DNA of 64,000 nucleotides from an uncultured Eubacteriales bacterium. GTDB taxonomy: Bacteria > Bacillota > Clostridia > Christensenellales > QALW01. Location of the stretch: positions 26,943 through 90,942 of the forward strand of contig URIR01000002.1 of assembly GCA_900547955.1 (NCBI GenBank), in the 5' to 3' direction. The notes under the pieces are model-generated. The model was given only the letters and a program-made list of their open reading frames with translations. It made no database searches and had not been told where the DNA came from. This document shows positions 19,955-28,609 of the stretch, one piece after another (within the stretch, counting starts at the first letter, position 1; the number at the start of each line of letters is the position of its first letter). The translations under genes and the position numbers were made by a program.

Positions 19955-21595
19955 ATGATTGCATCTATTTTGAAAGGAGGGAACCCTTTGGATCAGAACA
20001 AAATCCTCCCTTATGTTGAACCGATATTTTGTTTTTGCCGCAAAAGACTGAGCAACCCCTACGATGCAGAGGATCTGGCCAGCGAAATACTTTGTCATGT
20101 TCTCATAGGCATGGAAAAATACGACATCCAATCTCTTAACGCTTGGGTCTGGCGGATCGCACATAACCGCTATGCAAGGTTTGCAGAGCACCAAAATAAG
20201 ATGAGGATGGTTTTATCGGAGGAGCACACCCATTTGGACCCGATATGCGATGACTATTCAGATATTGACGAAGAAAATACAGAATGCAGTTTTGAAGCGG
20301 TTTTTCGGTATTTGCATACGCTTTCCGCAATGTATAGGGACATTTTAGTCGATTATTATATTGGTGAAATGTCCGTCAAAGCACTTGCCCAAAAATATAA
20401 GCTCCCGGAAACGACCATAAAATGGCGACTGAACACAGGGCGTCAAAAAATCAGAGAAAGGATAGTGACAAATCAAATGGAGAATATTTATAAAAGAATC
20501 AACTGGAACACCACCTGCTGCAACGGCTGCATGGATTCCAATAGATACTTGAGCACGCAGCTTTCCCGCGCTATTTGCAAGTCTGCATACGAAGAACCGC
20601 AAACCATAGAGGAAATTAGTGTTCGCACGGGAATCCCCGCCATGTACATTGAGGATGAAATCCCACGACTGGAATACGGGGACGCCTTGTGTAAAATCGG
20701 AAAAAAGTATGCCGCAAACTTTATTATCTTTCGGCTGCAAGATCGAAAAACGATAGAGGGCGTTTCAGAGTATATGGTAAAAAAGATTGCAAACCGATTT
20801 GAGCAATTGCTGCAGAGCGCAGCCGATACCGTAAATCATTTTAACTTTTATGGAAATGACTTTGGCATGGAACGCTTAGGTCATTTTATCATCCCGTATG
20901 TTTTAAGAAAAAAAATCGGCACGCTGAAAAGAGATCGTATGCACATGGAAAACGGCGCGTATCCAGTCCGAAAAGACGGCGGATACGGTTGGTTTATCGT
21001 AGAAGAAACCGCAGATGAGAGCGAACTGCCCGCTGAATACAATGTGGGTTGTAATGTGGCTGGCAGCGATTATGAAAGCAAAGGCAAACGGTTGGGTCAC
21101 ATATATTATTATTGGATTGCCAAATACTTTGATAATGAAATTTATCATAATGGGGGAATAAGATGGCTGTGTGCAAATGACCTCCTCCAAAAGAATCATG
21201 ATGGTATTATAAGCAAAGATTCGTTGTCTGATGAAGATGCAGTAAGGCTGATCCAAAAGGGTCTTATTGTGAAAGAGGGAAATAAGTATCGACTGAATTT
21301 TGCCTGTTTCACGAAAAAACAATTTGATGCATTTATCTCTCAGTTTTGCATAAATGACGAAGAGCTTGAAAATTTGGTTTTGGAATGGATTGCTTCGGTT
21401 CGGAAAAGCTTCTCAAAATTTGTACCTCAACGGCTGGAACCGCAAATCAACCAATGGGTTTCCATATACCTGTTTCAAATTGTCGGATATGTAGCGGACG
21501 AATTGATTCTCAAAGGCGTTTTGAAAAAGCCATCCCCGAATCGACCTTTTACAGATGGAGTTTTTTATGTCGCAGGCAAATATATTAACCCATGA
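19955..21595 (+). CDS. sigma-70 family (ECF-like) RNA polymerase sigma factor with a ~370-aa C-terminal extension
   Basis: Region 2-like sequence DLASEILCHVL...LNAWVWRIAHNRYARF. Region 4-like sequence YRDILVDYYIGEMSVKALAQKYKLPETTIKWRLNTGRQKIRE. The rest has no obvious TM segment. An alternative start is the in-frame TTG at 19988, 6 nt after AAAGGAGGG. Confidence 0.75.
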   Translation: MIASILKGGNPLDQNKILPYVEPIFCFCRKRLSNPYDAEDLASEILCHVLIGMEKYDIQSLNAWVWRIAHNRYARFAEHQNKMRMVLSEEHTHLDPICDDYSDIDEENTECSFEAVFRYLHTLSAMYRDILVDYYIGEMSVKALAQKYKLPETTIKWRLNTGRQKIRERIVTNQMENIYKRINWNTTCCNGCMDSNRYLSTQLSRAICKSAYEEPQTIEEISVRTGIPAMYIEDEIPRLEYGDALCKIGKKYAANFIIFRLQDRKTIEGVSEYMVKKIANRFEQLLQSAADTVNHFNFYGNDFGMERLGHFIIPYVLRKKIGTLKRDRMHMENGAYPVRKDGGYGWFIVEETADESELPAEYNVGCNVAGSDYESKGKRLGHIYYYWIAKYFDNEIYHNGGIRWLCANDLLQKNHDGIISKDSLSDEDAVRLIQKGLIVKEGNKYRLNFACFTKKQFDAFISQFCINDEELENLVLEWIASVRKSFSKFVPQRLEPQINQWVSIYLFQIVGYVADELILKGVLKKPSPNRPFTDGVFYVAGKYINP

Positions 21596-21749
21596 TGTAA
21601 ATAACTCTGTCAAAATGGCAAGTACTTGGCGGTTAACATAAGTAAAATGCAAAGTAAAAATACAAACTGAAAAACATCAGTACAGCATAATATGTCGTAT
21701 AGCTTAGGATGTATGGAAAAAGCACAAACCTCTTCTGAAAGCAATAAAA

Positions 21750-21787
21750 ATGGTGCAGCACTACTTTTGATGCTGCGCCATTTTTTA
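21750..21787 (+). terminator. rho-independent terminator of the sigma-factor gene
   Basis: The hairpin ATGGTGCAGCA ... TGCTGCGCCAT contains one G-U pair and is followed by TTTTTT. Confidence 0.7.
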
Positions 21788-21903
21788 TAAAATACCTGCC
21801 TTGGCGTTCCAAAACGGTTTTGCTCCTTAAAGCTGCTTATAGTGTCTTGTGCGGTTTGAATGAAAATGCAGTTTTATCCAAGCAGATTATGTTTAAACAA
21901 ATA

Positions 21904-22190
21904 GTACCCTCAGTTTACAGGGAAGACGGTCAGAAGGCATAGAATCTGTCTCCTGCCGCGTTGCTTTCGCTCCTTCGCTCCAAGTACGCCCGGTACATTT
22001 TTCGTTCAGGCGCGCTTTACCCGGCGCAATTTTATGCCTTCTGGCTCTGCGGCCTCAAAGAGAGAGAATTTCTTAATTTTCAAGGCAGACCAAGAAAGCG
22101 TTGCTTATGAATATGCTGATAGAGTATAACGCAGGAAATGAAGAAATTATAACGTTTTGAGGCGTGTAGTTCCTTCAAAACTGAGGGTAC
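21904..22190. mobile_element. MITE-like non-coding element with 13-bp terminal inverted repeats (family F, full-length copy)
   Basis: The left end GTACCCTCAGTTT (21904) and the right end AAACTGAGGGTAC (22178-22190) are exact reverse complements. The element is 287 bp with no ORF. Its left ~70 nt recur at 35763 and its right ~30 nt recur at 60903-60933. Confidence 0.75.
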
Positions 22191-22686
22191 GGCAGACAAA
22201 ATCAAAAAAATTAAATTTTTTTATTTCAGCATCTTGAAATCATGTCTAAAATATATTATTATATTAACGGCGTCTCCCACCCGGCAGCGGCAGGCGCAGC
22301 ATGTTCAAAATTTAATTGCCGGGAAACGGAGGCAATATGACTGAAAATACTCCGCCCAATCATATTTAATACCCTAAATTGATAAGGGGATACACGCCTC
22401 CAGCGGTCTGATTTCGGCATTTTCTGCGTCATCGTCAATGGGTGTGCGTTCAGTACGCCTCATTCTGCTTCCTTGAAAATGCCGAAATCAAACCTGCCGG
22501 AGGTCGAAGAGTCAGGCAGCGGCCGTTTGTGTAGCCTGCAAAGCGCTCGAACGACGTGTACCGGACGCACACGGAGCGAAAAGCAACACAGCAGGACACT
22601 CAAACAGCCCTGTCCTGACCGTATATGCCCTTGTCAATTTAGGGGAGGCATGTTCTCTTAAAATAAAATATGAAAGGGGCTTTATT

Positions 22687-24753
22687 ATGCAATATAAAGC
22701 GGAAAACATACGGAATATAGCGTTCATGGGACACGGCGGAGACGGAAAAACCACCCTTACCGAATCCATCCTCTTTGGGACGGGCGCCGCGGACCGCTTT
22801 GGAAAAATTGAGGATGGCAACACTATAAGCGATTACGATCCCGAAGAAATTAAAAGACATATTTCTATCAGCGCTTCTTTAGCGCCCGTACAGTACAAGG
22901 ATTTTAAAATCAACATAATAGACTGTCCCGGATACTTTGATTTTCTTGGCGAAACAATCGGCGCTCTTAACGCGGCAGACGGAGCGGTAATAGTTATGAG
23001 CGCGGTTTCCGGCCTTAATGTCGGAGCTGAAAAGGCCATGGATATGACCAAAAAGAAAAAGCTGCCCAGGCTTATTTTTATTAACCAAATGGATAGGGAA
23101 AATGCAAATTATTTGAAGGTGCTTACACAGCTGGAGGATAAATACGGTACAAGCATCGCTCCCATACAATATCCCATAATGCAGAATGGAGTTATGACCG
23201 GCTATGTAGACGTTGCCTCCAATGTATCATATAAATTTAACGGAAACAAGCTGGAAAAAATCGATACGCCCTCCGATATGGCAGACCAGCTTGCAGACGC
23301 GCGCGGCAGACTTATTGAAGCGGCTGCGGAAAACGACGAAGAACTATTGGAAAAATATTTTTCCGACCAAGAGCTTACGACTGACGAAATAATTAAAGGA
23401 CTGCTTGAAGGCGTGCACAGCGGCAGCACAGTACCCGTCTGCGGAGGCAGCGCTTTAGAAAGCAAATGCACTAATTTTCTATTGGATAATATCATATCTC
23501 TTTTCCCCTCCTGCGCAGGAAAAAAATACCCCTGTAAAAAGGACGGTGCAGACGAGGAAATAGCCTGCGACCCTGACGGCAGCTTTTCCGCACAGGTTTT
23601 TAAAACCATTACCGACCCATTCGTCGGGAAGCTGTCTCTATTTAAGGTTATTTCAGGCGTTATAAAATCCGACACCCCGCTTTACAATTCAAATGTTGAA
23701 AAGCCCGAAAAGGCGGGAACAATATACACAATGAGAGGAAAAAAGCAAATTCCTGAAGAAGAGCTTTACGCCGGAGATATAGGCGCCGTGGCCAAGCTTC
23801 AATACACCCTTACATATCATACGCTGTGTACGGAGGCTGATAAAATTATATTTCCCATACCCGATATTCCCCATCCTTCTATAACAATGAGCGTCTTTCC
23901 CAAAAAGCAGGGCGATGAGGATAAGGTTTTTAACGGTCTCCGCCGTTTAGAAGAAGAGGACGTGACATTTAAGCTTTCCAAAAACGAGGAAACTAACGAA
24001 ATGCAGATAAGCGGTTTGGGAGAAATGCACCTCGATATAATCTGCAAAAAGCTTAAAAACAAGTTCAATGCAGAAATAGTGCTAAAAGAACCTAAAATTC
24101 CTTATCGTGAAGCCATAAAAAAAGCTGTTAAAGCTGAAGGCAAGCATAAAAAGCAGTCTGGCGGGCACGGACAATACGGACATTGCTGGATAGAATTTGA
24201 ACCTATTGCCGATGGAGGCGCAAATTTTGAGTTTGTAGATAAAGTAGTGGGAGGAGTAGTGCCCAGGGCTTATATTCCCGCCGTAGAAAAAGGGCTTCTG
24301 GAATGCGTAAAAAAAGGCGTTCTGGCCGGATATCCAGTAGTAAATTTACGCTGCACGCTTTACGACGGCTCCTACCACGACGTAGATTCTTCAGAAATGG
24401 CCTTTAAAATTGCAGCATCACTAGCATATAAAAAAGGACTCAAAGAAGCTAACCCTGTTTTACTGGAACCCATATATCACGTTGAGGTAATAGTGCCTGA
24501 TGAATATATGGGCGATATAATAGGAGATTTAAACAAACGCCGCGGCAGAATACTGGGTATGAGCCCAGTTGAGGCCGGACAGAAAGTAGTAGCCGAGGCG
24601 CCATATGCCGAAATGCTGAAATACTCTACAGACCTGCGTTCTATGACTCAGGCAAGAGGAACGTTTGATATGCGCTTTGAGCGCTACGAGGAGGCGCCGC
24701 CAAATATAGCGGCTAAGGTTATACAGGCGGCTGAAGCCCAGTCTGAAGAATAA
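22687..24753 (+). CDS. elongation factor G family GTPase (EF-G2-type paralog)
   Basis: 688 aa with five EF-G domains. G1 is GHGGDGKTTLTES rather than AHIDAGKTT. It has DCPGYFDFLGE and NQMD motifs, resembling the EF-G-2 subfamily rather than canonical FusA. Confidence 0.85.
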   Translation: MQYKAENIRNIAFMGHGGDGKTTLTESILFGTGAADRFGKIEDGNTISDYDPEEIKRHISISASLAPVQYKDFKINIIDCPGYFDFLGETIGALNAADGAVIVMSAVSGLNVGAEKAMDMTKKKKLPRLIFINQMDRENANYLKVLTQLEDKYGTSIAPIQYPIMQNGVMTGYVDVASNVSYKFNGNKLEKIDTPSDMADQLADARGRLIEAAAENDEELLEKYFSDQELTTDEIIKGLLEGVHSGSTVPVCGGSALESKCTNFLLDNIISLFPSCAGKKYPCKKDGADEEIACDPDGSFSAQVFKTITDPFVGKLSLFKVISGVIKSDTPLYNSNVEKPEKAGTIYTMRGKKQIPEEELYAGDIGAVAKLQYTLTYHTLCTEADKIIFPIPDIPHPSITMSVFPKKQGDEDKVFNGLRRLEEEDVTFKLSKNEETNEMQISGLGEMHLDIICKKLKNKFNAEIVLKEPKIPYREAIKKAVKAEGKHKKQSGGHGQYGHCWIEFEPIADGGANFEFVDKVVGGVVPRAYIPAVEKGLLECVKKGVLAGYPVVNLRCTLYDGSYHDVDSSEMAFKIAASLAYKKGLKEANPVLLEPIYHVEVIVPDEYMGDIIGDLNKRRGRILGMSPVEAGQKVVAEAPYAEMLKYSTDLRSMTQARGTFDMRFERYEEAPPNIAAKVIQAAEAQSEE

Positions 24754-24783
24754 TAATCAGTTTTACCGGCCGCTTTTAACAGC

Positions 24784-24836
24784 AAAACCGCGGATATAAA
24801 AATTCTGAGAATTTTTATATCCGCGGTTTTATTTTG
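24784..24836 (+). terminator. rho-independent terminator of the EF-G2 gene
   Basis: A 22-bp perfect hairpin (AAAACCGCGGATATAAAAATTC-TGA-GAATTTTTATATCCGCGGTTTT) is followed by ATTTTG. Confidence 0.8.
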
Positions 24837-24847
24837 CCTTTGATAAA

Positions 24848-24969
24848 AAAACAGCCCCGGGACAATACGCCGGCGTTTGCGGCCTGAAAGGCCGCAGGCC
24901 GGGCTTCGCCCGGCCCAGGCAGGCGCTTTGCGCCTGCCAAACGCCGGCGTATTGTCCCGGGGCTGTTTT
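24848..24969. repeat. GC-rich nested-palindrome element, copy B (31-bp perfect outer stem, three short GC hairpins)
   Basis: 24848-24878 is the exact reverse complement of 24939-24969. The interior hairpins are GCGGCC-TGAAA-GGCCGC, GGCCGGGC-TTC-GCCCGGCC and GGCAGGCGC-TTT-GCGCCTGCC. Confidence 0.9.
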
Positions 24970-24985
24970 ATTTAAAAAGCTTTAA

Positions 24986-26281
24986 TCATCCTGTTTCAGG
25001 TACGACATAATCCTTATGAACATAACCCCCGCCATCCTCAAAGGTGTCGCTTTCCGAATACATAACCTTATACCAATCTCCCTCTTCTCCTATAACAGTA
25101 AGCACAATTCCATTATATACGGCAACTACTACATCCGCCTCTGTAGAAGGCTCCTTTCTTATATTCAGCCTTCCGGTATTACTGCTGAGGCTTACCCTGA
25201 CTTTTTCAGGCAAGCTGCTTTGAGTAGGAGCAGTAGTATTAGGAGCGGTAGCCGACGGGGTCTGAGGCGAGGCCGTGGGCGTCTCCGCGCCTGATTGATT
25301 AGGATCGGGCCATACCAGCTTAGCATGAATTATCGTGCGGTTATCAGTAGCCGAATCATGACAGGTAGAGAGCGTCAATATCCTGTCGTTAGCAGTAAAG
25401 GTCGTGGGATTTGTATATTTCCCCAATGACTGAACCGTATTGCACCAATTAAGGAAAGAATCATCTGAAACAAAGCCGACCGTCCTGTATTCCTCAGCAT
25501 CCTTATCCACGATATATGCAGCAAAAATCTCATAACGGTATGAGCCGTAAAGAGTATCCAAATATATACGGTTATTCATCTTGATAAAGTCGGGATTATT
25601 GCCTACATAGTTTTTCAAATTACCGAACATCGTTTCATCTTTCATATTATGCCCGTGTATAACAATATTGCGGCCTATTGGGTTAATAGAGCTTTTATCG
25701 CTCATAAAAATAGCCCCGGCCTTTCTGGGCTTGCCTTCATAATCGTGAGTTTCGTAATAGCTGCCCTCACTTGTCTGACAAACGGGATAGCTTATTTTTA
25801 AACCTGGCACATAAATAAACGCTACTACGTCCGGATTAACTTCCTCATGAAGCTGCCATATGGTCTCCACCTGATTTACATAGCCATATTCCTTATCACT
25901 TTCAGTCGGCGGAATAATAGTGCCCGGCTTTTCATCCTCAACCGCATCCAGAGGCGGAATATAGTCGGTAGGAAAATCATTCCACTCCTGCACAGTTTGG
26001 TCAGGCGCAAGAGTCGCGTTGGGGTCCGCCGCAGTAAAGGTTCTCCCCTCATTGACGGCGTCATATACTCCGGCAGCAGTACTATCGTCTATCTTTTTAA
26101 TAGCCACCGTATAGCCGCAGAAGCAAATGCCTACTACTAAAACCACCGTTACCGCATTATAAATAAACAGGCTGCTTTTTCTCTTTCTGCTTTTACTCTT
26201 GGAAGCCGCCGGCGAGCCGGCATTTCTGCTCTCACCCTGCTTTTTCCGAGAATTCCTATTTGAAGGCATTAAATTAATCAC
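24986..26281 (-). CDS. srtB: class B sortase with N-terminal membrane anchor and C-terminal SH3b domain
   Basis: Carries IHGHNMKDETMFGNL and the catalytic LTLSTC motif typical of SrtB. It has an N-terminal TM helix. A Pro/Thr/Ala linker precedes an SH3b-like tail (RLNIRKEPSTEADVV...GDWYKVMY). Confidence 0.8.
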   Translation of the reverse strand: MINLMPSNRNSRKKQGESRNAGSPAASKSKSRKRKSSLFIYNAVTVVLVVGICFCGYTVAIKKIDDSTAAGVYDAVNEGRTFTAADPNATLAPDQTVQEWNDFPTDYIPPLDAVEDEKPGTIIPPTESDKEYGYVNQVETIWQLHEEVNPDVVAFIYVPGLKISYPVCQTSEGSYYETHDYEGKPRKAGAIFMSDKSSINPIGRNIVIHGHNMKDETMFGNLKNYVGNNPDFIKMNNRIYLDTLYGSYRYEIFAAYIVDKDAEEYRTVGFVSDDSFLNWCNTVQSLGKYTNPTTFTANDRILTLSTCHDSATDNRTIIHAKLVWPDPNQSGAETPTASPQTPSATAPNTTAPTQSSLPEKVRVSLSSNTGRLNIRKEPSTEADVVVAVYNGIVLTVIGEEGDWYKVMYSESDTFEDGGGYVHKDYVVPETG

Positions 26282-26376
26282 ATCCTTAAATTAATACTAT
26301 ATATATTATACATTATTTTCGTCAAAAAATAAATATCATTTAATTACAATTATATTACGCACACGGCAATTTTCTG

Positions 26377-26946
26377 TTAATTGTTCTCATCATCAATCGA
26401 TTGAGTCGCATTTGCTTCCTCTTTCTGTTTCTTATTTCTATAATAATTATATACGCTTTGTCCTACAAACCAGCCTACTGCCAAACATAATATAGTAACT
26501 ATTACCCAGGTTTTACTAAGCCATTTACCCAAAAAGGTCATAACAGGCAAACCGGTAACTACTCTGCCTACAACTCTGTCATAGGTAACAGGAGTGCTGT
26601 CGGCAAAAAGATTGGCATCTCCTTTAGTAGTCATTTCGCCCGTTTCGGCATCTATCGCCTTAATCCTATGCGTATTAATTTTGCCATAAATATGAGGATC
26701 TGTAGAATAAAACGCAATCACATCGCCTACCGCTAATTCATCCTTATCCACAGTTTCTATTAAAATATACTCGTCCGTCATGTATGTAGGCTCCATGCTG
26801 CCTGATATAAGCTTAAGCATCCCATAGCCAAAAACTTTCGGAACCTTATTGTTAGCCTTTGCCGCCAGTACGAAAACTATGAGCATAATCAGGATAATTA
26901 TGATAACCCAGCTTATTATATTTAAAACCTTTTTAAATGTACTCAT
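26377..26946 (-). CDS. signal peptidase I, SipW/archaeal-type (S26B)
   Basis: An N-terminal TM helix is followed by the catalytic SGSMEPT motif. A second C-terminal TM helix is typical of SipW-like enzymes. Confidence 0.8.
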   Translation of the reverse strand: MSTFKKVLNIISWVIIIILIMLIVFVLAAKANNKVPKVFGYGMLKLISGSMEPTYMTDEYILIETVDKDELAVGDVIAFYSTDPHIYGKINTHRIKAIDAETGEMTTKGDANLFADSTPVTYDRVVGRVVTGLPVMTFLGKWLSKTWVIVTILCLAVGWFVGQSVYNYYRNKKQKEEANATQSIDDENN

Positions 26947-27203
26947 ATTCCGGCATTCCTTTAACAGATATTTATAAATGAATAAATTCCTTTATATTAT
27001 TTAATTATAACACCTATAAAAGGCATAAGTCAATTAACAAGTTTGCCGTCATGACCTGGTCTGCGCCCCTCAAAGCGCGCTTAGACGACATACACAGACG
27101 CACATGGAGCAAAAGCTACGCGCATCAGGCGGCATAGCAGTACGGTCGGGCCGTGCAGCTTCTTGTAAACTGATGATAATGTTGGATAAAAAATTTAAAC
27201 AAA

Positions 27204-27400
27204 GGGGCGCCCCGCCCTCAAAGTGGGGCGCACTTATTTTTATTATAAAACAAGCTTTAATAATTATCCATATGTTAATCGTAATCTGCAAATATTAGTA
27301 TGCGCCCCTGCCGCCCGGCGCGAACCAGCTCCAAAAGCGCCTTGCCAGACTGCCCGTCCGCGCCCGTGCGGCAATATAAATCCCGCCCGCGCCCCGGCGC
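27204..27400. repeat. degenerate third copy of the repeat that forms the arms of the 45.6-47.2 kb cassette; includes a terminator-like hairpin
   Basis: It shares colinear blocks with 45744-45920, in the same order: GGGGCGCCCCGCCC (an exact 14-mer), AAGCTTTAA, TGCGCCC, ATATAAAYCCCGCC and CCCGCGCCCC. The hairpin at 27207-27231 is flanked by T/A runs and probably terminates the xseA-xseB-ispA transcript. Confidence 0.5.
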
Positions 27401-27425
27401 CGCAGCGTTCAGCAAAAGCAAAACT

Positions 27426-28307
27426 TTAATTTTTACGCGACAAAATAAAATCCGCAAGCTGAAGAAGAAAATCCGCACGCTCATATGCAGCCAACGCCTC
27501 CTTGGCCCGCAATATATGCTCCTCGGCCGCCTTACGCGCCTCCTCCACTCCGTATAACGCAACATATGTGGCCTTTTTCTCCTGAGCATCCTTGCCCAGG
27601 CTTTTCCCCATTTCAGCCTGACTTCCCGTAACATCCAATATATCGTCGGTTATCTGAAAAGCCATACCTATATTCGCGCCATAGATTTTCATGCCATCCA
27701 GCGCATTCTCAGAAGCGCCCGCTGCCGCGCCGCCTGCAAGCAAAGCGCCGGTTATCATATCCGCCGTTTTGTGCTCATGTATATATCTGAGCATATGTGA
27801 AGATATTTCCTTGCCTTCATTAGAAACATCCTCCCATTGCCCTCCAACCATTCCTTTTATTCCAGCTGCGCGGGCTATATGCCGGCACGCGCGCAGCCCG
27901 TTATTATCCAAAGCGGCTTCCAGCATAATTTCAAACGCATAGCTTAAAAGCGCATCTCCGGCTAAAATAGCCTTAGCCTCTCCAAACACTATATGACTGG
28001 TCGGCCTCCCGCGTCTTAAGCTATCATTATCCAAAGCCGGCAAATCGTCGTGTATAAGCGAATAGGTATGTATCATTTCTATTGCGCAGGCGTAAGGCAT
28101 GGCCTTAATAACATCCCCTCCCATAATCTCGCATGCATTTAGCGCAAGAGCGGGCCGCAGACGCTTGCCGCCTGCCTGGACGCTATAGCTCATTGCCCTA
28201 AGCAGCTCCTCGGGTACAAGGGGATTAAAGGCCAGATAACCCTCCAGCGCCTTTTTAGTCAGCTCACCATATCTGGCTAACTGAGCCTTAAAGCAATTCA
28301 CTCTCAT
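27426..28307 (-). CDS. ispA: polyprenyl (farnesyl/geranylgeranyl) diphosphate synthase
   Basis: Both aspartate-rich motifs are present (LIHDDLPALDNDSLRRG and FQITDDILD). It lies downstream of xseB. The start is ambiguous among 28325, 28307 and a GTG at 28301. Confidence 0.85.
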   Translation of the reverse strand: MRVNCFKAQLARYGELTKKALEGYLAFNPLVPEELLRAMSYSVQAGGKRLRPALALNACEIMGGDVIKAMPYACAIEMIHTYSLIHDDLPALDNDSLRRGRPTSHIVFGEAKAILAGDALLSYAFEIMLEAALDNNGLRACRHIARAAGIKGMVGGQWEDVSNEGKEISSHMLRYIHEHKTADMITGALLAGGAAAGASENALDGMKIYGANIGMAFQITDDILDVTGSQAEMGKSLGKDAQEKKATYVALYGVEEARKAAEEHILRAKEALAAYERADFLLQLADFILSRKN

Positions 28308-28530
28308 TTTCCTCCTCTTCTTCAAACGGAACAGCCTTTAAAACTCCATCCTCTTTTTTCAGCATTTCCAGCTTGCCCTGGCATTGGCTCAAATATTTTT
28401 CGCATTCTATTATTAATTTGGATGCGCTTTCCGAAGCCTTTATAGAGTCCTCAAGAGATACGTTATCCTGCTCCAACCCGGAAATAAGCCTTTCCAGTTC
28501 AGCGATAGCCTGCTCAAAATTAAATTTCAT
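28288..28530 (-). CDS. xseB: exodeoxyribonuclease VII small subunit
   Basis: 80 aa, starting MKFNFEQAIAELERLISGLEQDNVSLEDSI. It lies downstream of xseA. Confidence 0.9.
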   Translation of the reverse strand: MKFNFEQAIAELERLISGLEQDNVSLEDSIKASESASKLIIECEKYLSQCQGKLEMLKKEDGVLKAVPFEEEEENESELL

Positions 28531-28609
28531 AAATTTTATCGCCTTTCCCCGTCATAATTATCCATTTATACGACCTTATTTTATCCCTGCAGCTTAATAG
28601 CAGGTACTT

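Noticed and set aside
22395-22600. Partial resemblance of GGTCGAAGAG and GCACACGGAGCGAAAAGC to ykkC-type (guanidine/ppGpp/PRPP) riboswitch conserved segments.
   Set aside because: The 5' CUAGGGUUCCG element and the terminal CCCGGGAGA element are missing, and the spacing does not fit. The resemblance is too weak to call without a covariance-model scan.
22473-22860. ORFs 22473-22661, 22512-22823 and 22639-22860 around the EF-G2 start.
   Set aside because: They lie in the leader or antisense to the EF-G2 5' end. They have no RBS and no recognisable domains.
27275-27634. A 119-aa Arg-rich ORF (27275-27634), together with 27300-27557 and 27223-27429.
   Set aside because: They overlap the 3' end of ispA and the GC-rich repeat region. 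Their Arg/Pro/Ala-rich composition is what GC-rich non-coding repeats give in any frame.
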